64,000 nt of DNA from Mucilaginibacter sp. (GCF_028288105.1 NZ_JAQBOI010000090.1:119-64118), one strand, 5' to 3'. Counted from the first letter of the stretch, positions 19,801 to 28,805 are shown. The notes: generated by a model not told the origin, from the letters alone. Program-made: numbers and translations.

Positions 19801-20188
19801 TCAGCCTATATCAACCGACGAACTTGAGCAGATAAAAACCCTGCTGTTTGAAGAAGAGCCTGAAGCTGCGGAGCATTTAGACGAGATACTAAAAGGCCGT
19901 GATTTTATAGCCTTTATCCGTTCCATTATCGGATTAGATGCTGTTGCTGCAAAAGCCCTGTTTGCTGAGTTTATAAACCGCCCTGGTATCACAGCCCCAC
20001 AAATGACCTTTATGGACACGCTGATCAACTACCTAACTAACAATGGTACTATAGGCAGAAGCATGCTATTTGATAGGCCATTTACAGACATTAATCAACA
20101 AGGAGTTTCAGGCGTGTTTAAAGATGAGGATACGGTTAAGATTATCAGTATAATTGATCGGTTCAATCAAAATTCAAATATCGCCTAA
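16892..20188 (+). CDS. hsdR: Type I R-M restriction subunit (EcoEI/EcoAI-like, DUF4145-like N-terminus)
   Basis: ADYVL...VVEAKK nuclease, MATGSGKT, DEVH, QMIGRGTR. Confidence 0.95.
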   Translation: MQQGNFYFLTGQYEVFYEQARKAETYLQTDAEICAIVCRKSLEEMVRWMFDTDRQLDVIHDEDENTLNALMYKPGFTNLVGRQLLTDITAIRRTGNLAVHSDRHKKITTKDAYTCLINLHAFAQWLVSYYGDTIYREPFKASKIQEEEAVEVVAAVKNEIEVLAEEPLADAVAQTATGIEYHSPSEKLTRELYIDILLKEAGWIVGETNTVAEYPLRHSEAGADRADYVLFGNDGKPLAVVEAKKTTVDGRDKGLGQAKRYADALEKEFGRRPIIFVSNGFEHDIWDDLHYPYRQVYGFYSKEDLETLVNRRLIEKPLSGQPVNTTIAGRYYQIEAIQRAKEALDGHRRDLLFIMATGSGKTRTAAAMVDVLTKTNKVKRILFLADRTPLVSQAKNAFNDYLPQLTSVNLTKDKTSDQVRMVFSTYQTMINQIDNEFDGERRLFTTGYFDLIIFDEVHRSIYQKYRAIFNYFDGIRLGLTATPKSETEKDTYDLFKLEAGVPTFSYELNKAVEDEFLRPPAALSVPLKFLRQGIKYAELSPEDKIKYEETFATSEDDIPDEIDSAALNEWLFNEDTVNKVLQLLMDKGHKVNNGDTIGKTIIFAKNQKHANYIATCFNHLYPQLKGHYLQVVTHSSDKPEAAIDLFKQADKMPQIVVSVDMLDTGIDVPEILNLVFFKPVRSSSKYWQMIGRGTRLCPDVFGIGLDKKDFYIFDFCGNIEFFGDNPAGVEPGLTISLTQRVFLLKVELAVTLEKFVEDDELNEYRTILLNELHQEILLLNQESFVNRQHLRLIIAFADRNHWNSLTEDKLRDLKKNIVPLLINSDPDFDARKFDAIAYRLMSAYLNDDKALNKFITIVKDTATSLLKQTTIPQVASKKDLLLLLTNDTHWQNITIPRVEHIRQEIRELMKFIEKENQAKIYTNITDELTGEITLMDIIVPYVGLDTYNKRVASFIRKHENYLAISKIKTNQPISTDELEQIKTLLFEEEPEAAEHLDEILKGRDFIAFIRSIIGLDAVAAKALFAEFINRPGITAPQMTFMDTLINYLTNNGTIGRSMLFDRPFTDINQQGVSGVFKDEDTVKIISIIDRFNQNSNIA

Positions 20189-20429
20189 CTAATCTTTTCT
20201 GTCGGCCTGCATAACACCATATTCACCACATTCGCAAAGATAGCCCACCGCCGGGATAAAAAGTAAAGGCCATGCAGAGCGGGCCATTTTGTTTTTTCTT
20301 TTCAGCGGTGGCCCGGCCTTGACTATTTACCCGGCTCGCGCTTTTGGTTGCTTAAGTGATAAATATGGGATGGAGTGTTCAAAAGAATTGTCGTAATCTA
20401 ACTTTCTTCAATTCAAGATACTGCAAAGA

Positions 20430-21419
20430 CTAATCCTTCATCAGCTGTTTGAGCCTGCCATGATACGATTGTAAATAATTCCGTTGGGTTGTTTCGTCAA
20501 GAAAAGAAGCTAATGTGAGTTTTTCGACAGTTGTTGATTCTGAAATCATTGATTGGGCTATTCCTTCAAATACTTTTTCGCTTATGCCTGATTGCTCAGC
20601 CAGTACTGAAAACTGGTGCCTAATCTTACCTTGTGTGAGGTTCTTTGGTAATAAGCCGTCATCAAGTGCAAAGTCATTGTCTTTGATATGTATGCGGCTG
20701 TTAAGCAGGTCATAAGCCGGACTTAGGCGGTAATCCCCCATCGGGGTTTCCAACAGCGAAAAGTTTTTGAAGTGGGCGTCTCCGTTTGAAAACAAATAAT
20801 TGAACATTAATAATTTCAATAATTTTGGTGCTTCCAGTTTATATGCAGGGACGTATTGCTCCATAATCTTAAAAAGATCTAAGTAGTTTCCGAGGTACTT
20901 ATAGTGTTCTCCGTGGGTCTGGGGCGTTCTTCCTGCAAGCGACGCAAAATCGTCCTGTGCCAGCTTTTCTCCTTCTTTCGTTACATCAAAACGTTTAGTA
21001 ATATAAGCAGGCTGCCCGTTCTTAAAAAATATCAATGCATTTTCAGCAGTTTCTATGCTATACACCTGCCGGGCAATTTGCATGGTTAAATGTTCATTAG
21101 CCGGCAATTGGTCAGATTTTCTGCCAGCGTTTGGAATCGGCTTCAATATATAGGTTCCTCGTTCACCCTCATTGATCAGCCTTAGTCTGTTTTTTTCGAG
21201 CAACACGGAAAACTTTTCCTGTACACCAGAGATAGACATCCGCCTCTGGTTTTCCTCAAATAGCTCATCCGTCTCTGGGTTTGAAGCAGGAGAATCATAA
21301 AGTAAAATATGATTTACTTTTTTTCCATTAAAAACCCGGTTAAGACAAGTCCGGCTATAAGTATTATAGCCGGGTGCCAATGTGCCCGGGCAATACTTTA
21401 TTTCTGGCAGGTTACTCAT
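20430..21419 (-). CDS. HipA/HipT-family Ser/Thr kinase toxin
   Basis: SISGVQEK Gly-rich loop, NGDAHFKNFS, LSPAYDL. Confidence 0.9.
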   Translation of the reverse strand: MSNLPEIKYCPGTLAPGYNTYSRTCLNRVFNGKKVNHILLYDSPASNPETDELFEENQRRMSISGVQEKFSVLLEKNRLRLINEGERGTYILKPIPNAGRKSDQLPANEHLTMQIARQVYSIETAENALIFFKNGQPAYITKRFDVTKEGEKLAQDDFASLAGRTPQTHGEHYKYLGNYLDLFKIMEQYVPAYKLEAPKLLKLLMFNYLFSNGDAHFKNFSLLETPMGDYRLSPAYDLLNSRIHIKDNDFALDDGLLPKNLTQGKIRHQFSVLAEQSGISEKVFEGIAQSMISESTTVEKLTLASFLDETTQRNYLQSYHGRLKQLMKD

Positions 21420-21744
21420 TATCTTCGGCTTTAAGGATAGTTACTGCACCTATGGTGTCGTTTTTTGCGATGGTTAACAAGAGTCCAAAATAATCAGTCT
21501 GGTCAATTCTGTTGAGCTTGCAGACCACCTGTTTATTCGATCCTTCCGGAAGCATGTTGTAAAAAAACGGAAAGAGAAACTCAGATTCGTAAATCTTTTC
21601 CGTTTTTGGTAAAGTGAGGCTAATATCTGGCTTGCTACCATCGCCAACCCAAGAAGGATGATACTGAAACGTAAAAAAACCATTATCAAGCTGCTCCAAT
21701 ATGCCGGCTTCTTGCTCCTTAAATAATACTTTGGCTTTTCTCAT
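21412..21744 (-). CDS. HipA N-terminal-domain protein (HipS-like antitoxin)
   Basis: FTFQY, ISLTLP, LFPFFYNMLPEG, DTIGAV. Confidence 0.88.
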   Translation of the reverse strand: MRKAKVLFKEQEAGILEQLDNGFFTFQYHPSWVGDGSKPDISLTLPKTEKIYESEFLFPFFYNMLPEGSNKQVVCKLNRIDQTDYFGLLLTIAKNDTIGAVTILKAEDNE

Positions 21745-21959
21745 CGAATATCTGGTTTATTCTTTATGGTCAAACTGAGTTCCAGACCTAATGTATCGCC
21801 GAGCTTTTGCAGCGTCATTAAAGTGGGATTGCCTTTACCACTTTCAAACTGCTTTAACGTTCTAAGGCCTACTCCTGATAGTTGCGCGAGCGTTTCCTGG
21901 GTAACCTGTAGAGATTCCCTGCGCAATTTAATTGTTCTTATTATTTCCTCAAAGTGCAT
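21741..21959 (-). CDS. HipB-like XRE HTH regulator
   Basis: TQETLAQLSGVGLRTLKQFESGKGNPTL; coupled to the HipS-like gene. Confidence 0.88.
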   Translation of the reverse strand: MHFEEIIRTIKLRRESLQVTQETLAQLSGVGLRTLKQFESGKGNPTLMTLQKLGDTLGLELSLTIKNKPDIR

Positions 21960-22122
21960 TATAGTGCTCTATTTACAACAAAGGTATCAATAATTTTTAT
22001 TAGTTCATTATAAAGTGCATTTTATAGCTCTTTTTAGCGCCATAGTTAACCTTATAGGTCACCGAATAGAAATCCAAATTGCTAAGTATAGAGCTGGGTG
22101 CTTTTTCCAAATAACGAAGATT

Positions 22123-23364
22123 CTATCCAAAATCCATTAGTTTATCAGCTATTTCCTGCTTTACGTTATCCTCAAAACCCGCCCAGTAGTTTTGAGTTGT
22201 ATTCAAGCTGCGATGGCCTAAACTTTCCTGTATCAACTCCATTTTAGCGCCATTACGGATGGCAGCCGTTGTGAAAGAATGCCGTGCGTAATAGGTAGAT
22301 ATATCGGCATCCAATTCCAGATCCTTCGCCAGTTTTTGAATATGCTGATTGACAAAACGAATAAAGTTCTGATTTACCCTTAGCTTCTCAGCCTCGTCCA
22401 TCTTTTTAGTTAATATCGGAAATACATAATTGTCGGGTAGAAAAGGACGGGTACCATAGCGTTCTATTACTGCTTTAATCGTTTCTGTTAAAGGAATAAT
22501 AATGGGCTTGGGCTTGTCTTTAGTGGTATGAAGCGTTTTATGTCGCAAAAATGAAATAGACTTTTTGTTAATGTTTTTATACTTCAATTCTGCAATGTCA
22601 CGGAAATTCATACCATTACACTGGTAACTAAAAAACCAAAAGTCCCTTGCTTTTTCTTTCGGGCTACCTGGTTCTACCGGCGCGGTATAAAGTTTTTTTA
22701 ACTCTTCCTTACTTAGGGCCTTCTTAATATTTTGGCCTGTAGGTATTTTATATTTTTTGAAAGGATACAGTTCAGCAGCAATACTGCCTTCTTCCATAGC
22801 CTTATTGAAAATAGCCCGTAATGGCCGTAAGTATATACCTACAGTAGTTTTGGACTTGTCGGCAGCTACCATCCAGTTTTCATATCTATTTAAAAAATCA
22901 ACTGTAACACGGGAGAAGGAAAGACTTGATGCGGGGTGGTTATCCTTGCCGGCAAATTCAAGCAATGACTTTAAGCTTAAACGGTAATTGGAAGCTGTGC
23001 CTGCACGGCCATATCTTGTCAATTCATCTATGTAATCCTGATAGTACGCGCAAACATCTGTAGTGGCGGCTTGAGAGCGAAACATTTCCCGCTCAAATTT
23101 ATCAAGGATAAACAAGCCATCCATTTTAGCAATAATTCTGTTCGCCTTTGCTTCTATGGCATCTAAAGATATTTTAATCTCCTGAAATGCTTTCTTAGGT
23201 TTTTCGGTTAAGTAGGATTGTTGGAATTGTTGAGCCGTCAGGTGGATGTCTGTAGGATAGTGCCTGATATCGGTACGGGAGATATATAACCTAATTTTTA
23301 CCGGTGCTTTTTTACCAGTTTCAACCTTCCGTTCATCTAAATATAAGTTAACTTTTACTGCCAT
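22123..23364 (-). CDS. Site-specific tyrosine integrase
   Basis: Arm-binding N-terminus, GMNFRD, YYARHSF, LGH, catalytic Tyr in TTQNY; adjacent to attR. Confidence 0.95.
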   Translation of the reverse strand: MAVKVNLYLDERKVETGKKAPVKIRLYISRTDIRHYPTDIHLTAQQFQQSYLTEKPKKAFQEIKISLDAIEAKANRIIAKMDGLFILDKFEREMFRSQAATTDVCAYYQDYIDELTRYGRAGTASNYRLSLKSLLEFAGKDNHPASSLSFSRVTVDFLNRYENWMVAADKSKTTVGIYLRPLRAIFNKAMEEGSIAAELYPFKKYKIPTGQNIKKALSKEELKKLYTAPVEPGSPKEKARDFWFFSYQCNGMNFRDIAELKYKNINKKSISFLRHKTLHTTKDKPKPIIIPLTETIKAVIERYGTRPFLPDNYVFPILTKKMDEAEKLRVNQNFIRFVNQHIQKLAKDLELDADISTYYARHSFTTAAIRNGAKMELIQESLGHRSLNTTQNYWAGFEDNVKQEIADKLMDFG

Positions 23365-23395
23365 TTTCGTTAAAATTAGGTAAAATGCCTATTTC

Positions 23396-23520
23396 TCTCA
23401 CACAAATTTTTTAGAACATTCGAAATTAAGCAAATTTCCCACAAAATCGCCTATTTTACTCTCACACATTTCTCACACAAATGGGCAAAAAATAGCCAAA
23501 AATAGCAAAATAGCACAAAA
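23396..23520 (+). repeat. Putative arm-type and accessory-factor sites, right end
   Basis: TCTCACACAWW at 23396, 23460 and 23471; three AAAATAGC repeats within 23488-23515. Confidence 0.7.
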
Positions 23521-23591
23521 TGAAGTTTTCATAAAACATTGATATATAAGTATTTAATAAAAAAACAAAGTATCGAAAAGCATCTCCCATA

Positions 23592-23636
23592 GACTGTTAA
23601 TCAGAGGGTCGCTGGTTCGAGCCCAGCCTCAGGAGC
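23592..23636 (+). repeat. attR (displaced tRNA-Asn 3' half)
   Basis: GACTGTTAATCAGAGGGTCGCTGGTTCGAGCCCAGCCTCAGGAGC. Confidence 0.9.
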
Positions 23637-23637
23637 G

Positions 23638-23667
23638 AAAAAGCCTTACATGTCCGCAAGGCTTTTT
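23638..23667 (+). terminator. Terminator-like hairpin, probably the original tRNA terminator
   Basis: AAAAAGCCTT...AAGGCTTTTT. Confidence 0.65.
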
Positions 23668-24062
23668 CTATTTTAAAAAAGCCTTAACGGGGGCAAAAAC
23701 GCGATTTTTCCGGTTTTTGAATCTACCCCCGGATACTTCAGGAGGCAGACATCCATAACGTAGATTGTGGGCAACACACTTAAAAACGCTTTACTGCCTC
23801 GTGTATCCCTTTGCAGTATGTACTTCTTCATCTTTATACTTTACGATCAGTCTCCTTCCGCGGTATACAGGGAAGAATGAAAATAACTATTAATGGCTAT
23901 TTGCTGAAGGTATTTTGCTCCATACCTTTAAAAGATGTTATTCAGGAACCTTCTGAACAAAGCCTAACATTGCCCTCGCATGGATCAATCAAATATTCAG
24001 CTAAAAAATACTTCGTCCCCAGTCAAATATCATGTTAGCTGGAACCGGCAAACGATTTGCAA

Positions 24063-25070
24063 ATGAATACTTTAATAACCGACCAAAATAGTCCCGCTCA
24101 AGAGCGGGCAATTCAAAAGCTTATCGAAATGTTAAAAGCGAAAATGCTACGGGAAAATCTCCCAGGGCAGATGAAACGCGACGCGCATCCTAAAATGATT
24201 GGTTTGTTAAGGGCTGAATTCATCATTGAAAAAAACCTGCCTGATGAATTAAAGGTGGGTATCTTTGCTTCCCAAAATACGCACCCTGCATGGATAAGGT
24301 TCTCAAATCAGCAGGCCCCGGCTACAGGAGACAATGTTAGGGATATAAGGGGAATGGCCATAAAATTACTGGATGTTAAAGGACAAAAGATACTTGATGG
24401 CCAACAGGATGGCAAAACGCATGATTTTATCACGATAACTACCGACGCGTTTGTCGCCAAAGATATTGTGGACTTTGCCGATCTGATAGCCGCACTCGTT
24501 ACCAGCAAGTTTCACTTTCTCTGGTACTTATTAACCAACCCCCAAAATTTATGGAATTTACTGCGCGCCAATAAACGTTTCGGCAGTTTATTGGAAGCTC
24601 ACTTTTTTAGCGTATCCCCTTACGCGTTTGGTGATAGGGTGGTAAAATATTCGGTAAAGCCACAGTCAGATCACCAGACCCCTGTTGCAGCAGGATCAGC
24701 ACAGAATTACCTGACAACAGTAATGGAAAAACAATTAACTGAAAAGGATTATTATTTTGACTTTTTAGTTCAGTTTGATACCAATTCAAAGAAAACCCCA
24801 ATCGAAGACCTGAGTGTGCGGTGGAAAGAAAAAGATGCACCTTTTATTAAACTGGCCACTATTAAAATTCCGATGCAGAAATTCGATAATGAAGCACAAC
24901 GGGCCTTTGGTGATCAACTTTCTTTTAACCCATGGCGGTGCCTGCCTGAACATACACCACTTGGAAGTGTCAATCGTGCACGAAAGATAATTTACCAAAC
25001 GCTATCCCAATTTCGTCATAACAAGAATAAGTTAATTGTTGCCGAACCGGATACTTTAGAAATCCCTTAA
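24063..25070 (+). CDS. Small catalase-related heme protein
   Basis: RDAHPK (distal His), RFSN, RDIRGMAIK, RARKIIY (proximal Tyr). Confidence 0.85.
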   Translation: MNTLITDQNSPAQERAIQKLIEMLKAKMLRENLPGQMKRDAHPKMIGLLRAEFIIEKNLPDELKVGIFASQNTHPAWIRFSNQQAPATGDNVRDIRGMAIKLLDVKGQKILDGQQDGKTHDFITITTDAFVAKDIVDFADLIAALVTSKFHFLWYLLTNPQNLWNLLRANKRFGSLLEAHFFSVSPYAFGDRVVKYSVKPQSDHQTPVAAGSAQNYLTTVMEKQLTEKDYYFDFLVQFDTNSKKTPIEDLSVRWKEKDAPFIKLATIKIPMQKFDNEAQRAFGDQLSFNPWRCLPEHTPLGSVNRARKIIYQTLSQFRHNKNKLIVAEPDTLEIP

Positions 25071-26431
25071 CCGGCCAATAGCTTAAGCGCCTTCATGCCC
25101 GGCATAAAAAAATAAGCGCCTCCTTTGGTTGTTACAAAATCAGGAAGCTGATGCACTCTGGTCCTGGCCGGGCAGCCCTGAATTGTAAATGCATTAATGT
25201 CGTTACGAACGCCGATAATGGGATCGTTCTCATAATTCAGTGAATCGAAGTTTGGATTATTTACCCAGGTTTGCTGTATGAATTCAAATTGCCTCTCAAT
25301 ATTGCTGTTAATGCACAAAAAAAACAATCCTCTTTCCTTTCCGTCGTTTTGATAAACATCCTTGGTCCTGTCTCCATACGATCTGCCCCGCCTAACAATT
25401 CGGTGACGGTTCACTGTAAGAAGCGATAATTCAGGATCACCGAACAGGGAGTCTCTCGGATTCGAGCGGCGGATATGGGCACCTATCGGGCAACCAAAAC
25501 CATCTTTATCATCCTTTGCAAAGCCGAAGTTGTTCTCTTCATTGATGGATCCTCCGGTGGCCGGATCTGATTGTCTATACACAGAAATTGGGGCGCCACT
25601 TTTCCATCTTCCTACCATTTTGGCGGCCAGCCTTTCTTGTTCAATTAAGGGACTGACGCCATCACTGTTAGTAGTTTTCTCCTTTAGATAATTCCACAAT
25701 TTATCAACCTGCTGTTCCAACTGACGAAAAACCACGTAGGTACCATTACGACCGAAATCCTTCATCGTATTTAATGATGGCAAGTCATCGATCTTTTGCA
25801 TTTCATTTTCATAGCCCAGGATAAATTCACCGGCTTTGATAACGGTTGCATGCCCTGTACGGTTCAGTTGGGTGGCTTTCTTGTCCGTCCCCTCGATCAC
25901 AGGTTGTCCGACACCGTCTAAAAAACCGAAATGTTCATGAGATGTAGGCTGACGGCCGGCCGATAGCGATTGGATGATTTCCACCCCTTTATTGAGATCG
26001 ATGCCCGCTCTGATGTCTGCCAATCTTTCAGCAATTTCAGTTTCATTAGTGGCAAATAACAGCAATACGATATCAACGGGAGATTCCTCGTTTCCCCATG
26101 ACCATGCGGTGGCCGCGCTATTGCCTTCATCTCCCAATATATTTTGTCGGGTTTTAGTGCTCATTCCTTCCAGGAATGGCACCGAAAAAGTAATAAGTTC
26201 GGACTCTGTAAAATTAAATTTACGAAAAGCGGTCGCGGTAAATGCAATGTTAAGGCAGTAATCATTTTTCCTGTCAACGCCGGTAGTGATCTGGTTAAAG
26301 ATTGCCTTCAGCCAATCCTTACATGGAGCAACGTTGTTGATCTTTAATAGCATGTAATTAGCACAGGGCATATTCTTTGCATAAGAGCTTAACACAAATC
26401 CCTGGATGTCTGCAGTGTCTAAATTTGCCAT
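25067..26431 (-). CDS. DyP-type peroxidase
   Basis: DIQG, FGFLDG (GXXDG), AHIRRSNPR, RRGRSYG, GGAYFFMP. Confidence 0.9.
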   Translation of the reverse strand: MANLDTADIQGFVLSSYAKNMPCANYMLLKINNVAPCKDWLKAIFNQITTGVDRKNDYCLNIAFTATAFRKFNFTESELITFSVPFLEGMSTKTRQNILGDEGNSAATAWSWGNEESPVDIVLLLFATNETEIAERLADIRAGIDLNKGVEIIQSLSAGRQPTSHEHFGFLDGVGQPVIEGTDKKATQLNRTGHATVIKAGEFILGYENEMQKIDDLPSLNTMKDFGRNGTYVVFRQLEQQVDKLWNYLKEKTTNSDGVSPLIEQERLAAKMVGRWKSGAPISVYRQSDPATGGSINEENNFGFAKDDKDGFGCPIGAHIRRSNPRDSLFGDPELSLLTVNRHRIVRRGRSYGDRTKDVYQNDGKERGLFFLCINSNIERQFEFIQQTWVNNPNFDSLNYENDPIIGVRNDINAFTIQGCPARTRVHQLPDFVTTKGGAYFFMPGMKALKLLAG

Positions 26432-26436
26432 GTCAG

Positions 26437-27717
26437 TTAAAATAATTTAAGCCATTCTTTTATCTCAGCTACAGATAGTTTATTAAAAAGGTTTTCTCTG
26501 ATCCTGCTGTCCTTATCAATATTTTGCACGGTCAAATCGCGATAAGCGCTATACCAAACCAAAGAAGGTACCTGGTGATTCCTTGCATATCCCTTAAACC
26601 TAATTTCATCACGTGCTCCATCGAGTACCAGAAACCTGGTGTAAGGAAAACCTTGCGTGTTGCTCCAAATGCCCGTTAGTCCGGCGGCAGCCTTATCAAT
26701 AAAATCATCCAAATAGCTGGTCCAGCTGCCATCATAATTGCTTAAGAAAAGCAGTTGTTTATTCTGATTAATGATGGACCAATGGGCAAAGTGTATACTC
26801 GGAATACCGCCCAGCTTTCCTTTGGTAGAAGTCCTGGCGAGCAAATTTGCAGCAAAAAGCACAACTTTAAGCAATATCAGGCGAAACGGTCCCGGCTTAA
26901 TATCCGTGATATTTGCCAAATGATTTTGTGTGATCCTATTCTCTGTATTAATTAACAGCTCAATTTCTGACACAGATGGTCGGGGTACGACCACTTGTTC
27001 ATGTTCTTCTTTAAAACGCAATATGAGTACCGTAACGAGGACAAGAACCACGATAATAACTAGTGTCACCGGAAAGCGTAATAATAACAGTGTGAGAATA
27101 ACGGCAATCAATAAAAACTGCCAGAATCGGGGAATAAACTTTTCTAAAAACGTTTGATGCGGCGGAAGTTGATGGTAGAGATCTGGCTTAAGGTCAGCTT
27201 TCACAAAATCCTGCATTTGTTCCCGAAGCCGCGTTGCACTAAACTCATTTGGGTTATGCACACTGAACAACTTGTCCAGGTAGGTTTGCAAGTGCTCGCG
27301 CAACTCCTGGTTCGCCCTGATCACTTTTGCTTGCCTGCCAACATTTCCAATATGATAGGCATTGGGCTTAACAATGTTTGCCTTCAAAAATTGCTTCAAA
27401 TGAGCGTGCTGAAAAACGGTATTCTGATATCCTTTGCAACACTGGTAGATCTGGTGAATACCAGCCCCCGCCACAGACAAAAGCTCGTCCAGGTAGGAAG
27501 AAACGTCACCATCAAAGTTGTTTTCAAAAATTAATAGGGGTGGCGATACCTTATTGTCAGAAATAACAATACTGGAAAAATGCAGCAAGCTAATTGATGG
27601 AAAAGGGATCAATGAATTGTTAAGCAAATCAAGCCGGATCTGTTCAAGCAATTGCTCCAATTGCGGCCTTTTTGACGGATCAACTTCCGTAATAATAGTT
27701 AATATAGTGTGCTTCAT
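26437..27717 (-). CDS. DyP-associated membrane protein with a duplicated domain
   Basis: LHF..LIFENNFDG..SYLDEL and IHF..LLFLSNYDG..SYLDDF flank a TM hairpin. Confidence 0.75.
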   Translation of the reverse strand: MKHTILTIITEVDPSKRPQLEQLLEQIRLDLLNNSLIPFPSISLLHFSSIVISDNKVSPPLLIFENNFDGDVSSYLDELLSVAGAGIHQIYQCCKGYQNTVFQHAHLKQFLKANIVKPNAYHIGNVGRQAKVIRANQELREHLQTYLDKLFSVHNPNEFSATRLREQMQDFVKADLKPDLYHQLPPHQTFLEKFIPRFWQFLLIAVILTLLLLRFPVTLVIIVVLVLVTVLILRFKEEHEQVVVPRPSVSEIELLINTENRITQNHLANITDIKPGPFRLILLKVVLFAANLLARTSTKGKLGGIPSIHFAHWSIINQNKQLLFLSNYDGSWTSYLDDFIDKAAAGLTGIWSNTQGFPYTRFLVLDGARDEIRFKGYARNHQVPSLVWYSAYRDLTVQNIDKDSRIRENLFNKLSVAEIKEWLKLF

Positions 27718-28060
27718 GCCTTTTCCTATTATTTTCCTGAAAATGGTTAAACAACGCTGCAGCTGCCCTTATATAAGTATTAGTATAAAAATAACACGAG
27801 GCCAACGAAAACACTCCACCTGATCAGATGCCGCATATTCATTATTTCTAAGTTACGGTTTAAAGTGAAATTTGGTGTAAATGCTTTTATTGAGTTTCCT
27901 AAAGTAACCCACTATTATCTGATCAGAAAATAGCTATAGGTAGTTATTTTTAGTTGTTTGCATATCTTCGTTTTCGCACTCATCAACCGTTTGCCGGAAT
28001 ATTCCATCGTTAAGCAATGTCAGCAGAACTAATTGGCAAAGCAAGTATTCATGTGTTTAT

Positions 28061-28729
28061 TCACTCAGTCGCCTGCTCCAGCGATTGAAGCATCGCGATC
28101 AGTTCAGGCTGCGGATGACAATCCTGCTTGTCGCCGGGAATGCGGTAGGAGGTATGCGTCCAAATTCCCTTAACGCCACCAATAGCATCCTTGCTTACAT
28201 CCCACATACCGGGATGATAAGTTTTAGGAATACCATATTTATCGCATAGGTATAATAAAAGTTCCTTTACGGCAACCAGTTGCGCCTCAGCATATTTCTC
28301 GAAAGCGGCAAAGCCCCTAAACGACGGTTCATATAACTGTACGCTATCGTCTGGTACGGTATTGCCAAGGTAATTTACCCACTTGCCATTCTTCCTGGTT
28401 AAGCCGCCCCAACAGGTTATTTCGATTCCTATGCTTTGTTTGTGCAGTATATCGCAACGCGTACTATAATCAGTAAACCCAAGGCCATGAATAAAAGACG
28501 ACGGTATCCCCAGATGGGCTGCATAATATTTTGAGCCGAAAGCTTGCTGGATTATGCCATCCTTCCCGATAACGAAAGCCGTAGCAACCGCTACCGGGTC
28601 GCTTTTCCAAAAGTCGATATTACCCTTAGCCGAAGGGCCGCTTGCCGTATGGTGAATTACGATCTGACTCTTGGGGAATTCTTGTTTATGATACTGGTTT
28701 TCTGGAAGAGGGTATTGCTGGATATTCAT
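28061..28729 (-). CDS. N-acetylmuramoyl-L-alanine amidase (Amidase_2)
   Basis: IVIHHTAS, SIGIEI, WTHTSYR..DKQDCHP zinc ligands. Confidence 0.85.
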   Translation of the reverse strand: MNIQQYPLPENQYHKQEFPKSQIVIHHTASGPSAKGNIDFWKSDPVAVATAFVIGKDGIIQQAFGSKYYAAHLGIPSSFIHGLGFTDYSTRCDILHKQSIGIEITCWGGLTRKNGKWVNYLGNTVPDDSVQLYEPSFRGFAAFEKYAEAQLVAVKELLLYLCDKYGIPKTYHPGMWDVSKDAIGGVKGIWTHTSYRIPGDKQDCHPQPELIAMLQSLEQATE

Positions 28730-28805
28730 GATCAGGGGTTTTAATATGTGTGATATTTTACTATGCTTAGGTCAATTTGAAGGGTGCTTTAGGTTTGTTC
28801 AGCAT

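Larger units (their letters stand above)
2506..23636. mobile_element. Integrative mobilizable element / defence island inserted in tRNA-Asn
   Basis: 45-bp direct repeat of the tRNA 3' half at 2506-2550 and 23592-23636; tyrosine integrase, excisionase, MobC and relaxase; no T4SS genes. Confidence 0.92.

Noticed and set aside
23592-23636. Second tRNA-Asn gene
   Set aside because: Lacks the 5' acceptor strand and D arm; it is attR
2506-28729. Prophage (integrase plus amidase)
   Set aside because: No structural, terminase or replication genes; the amidase lies outside attR and the element has a relaxase
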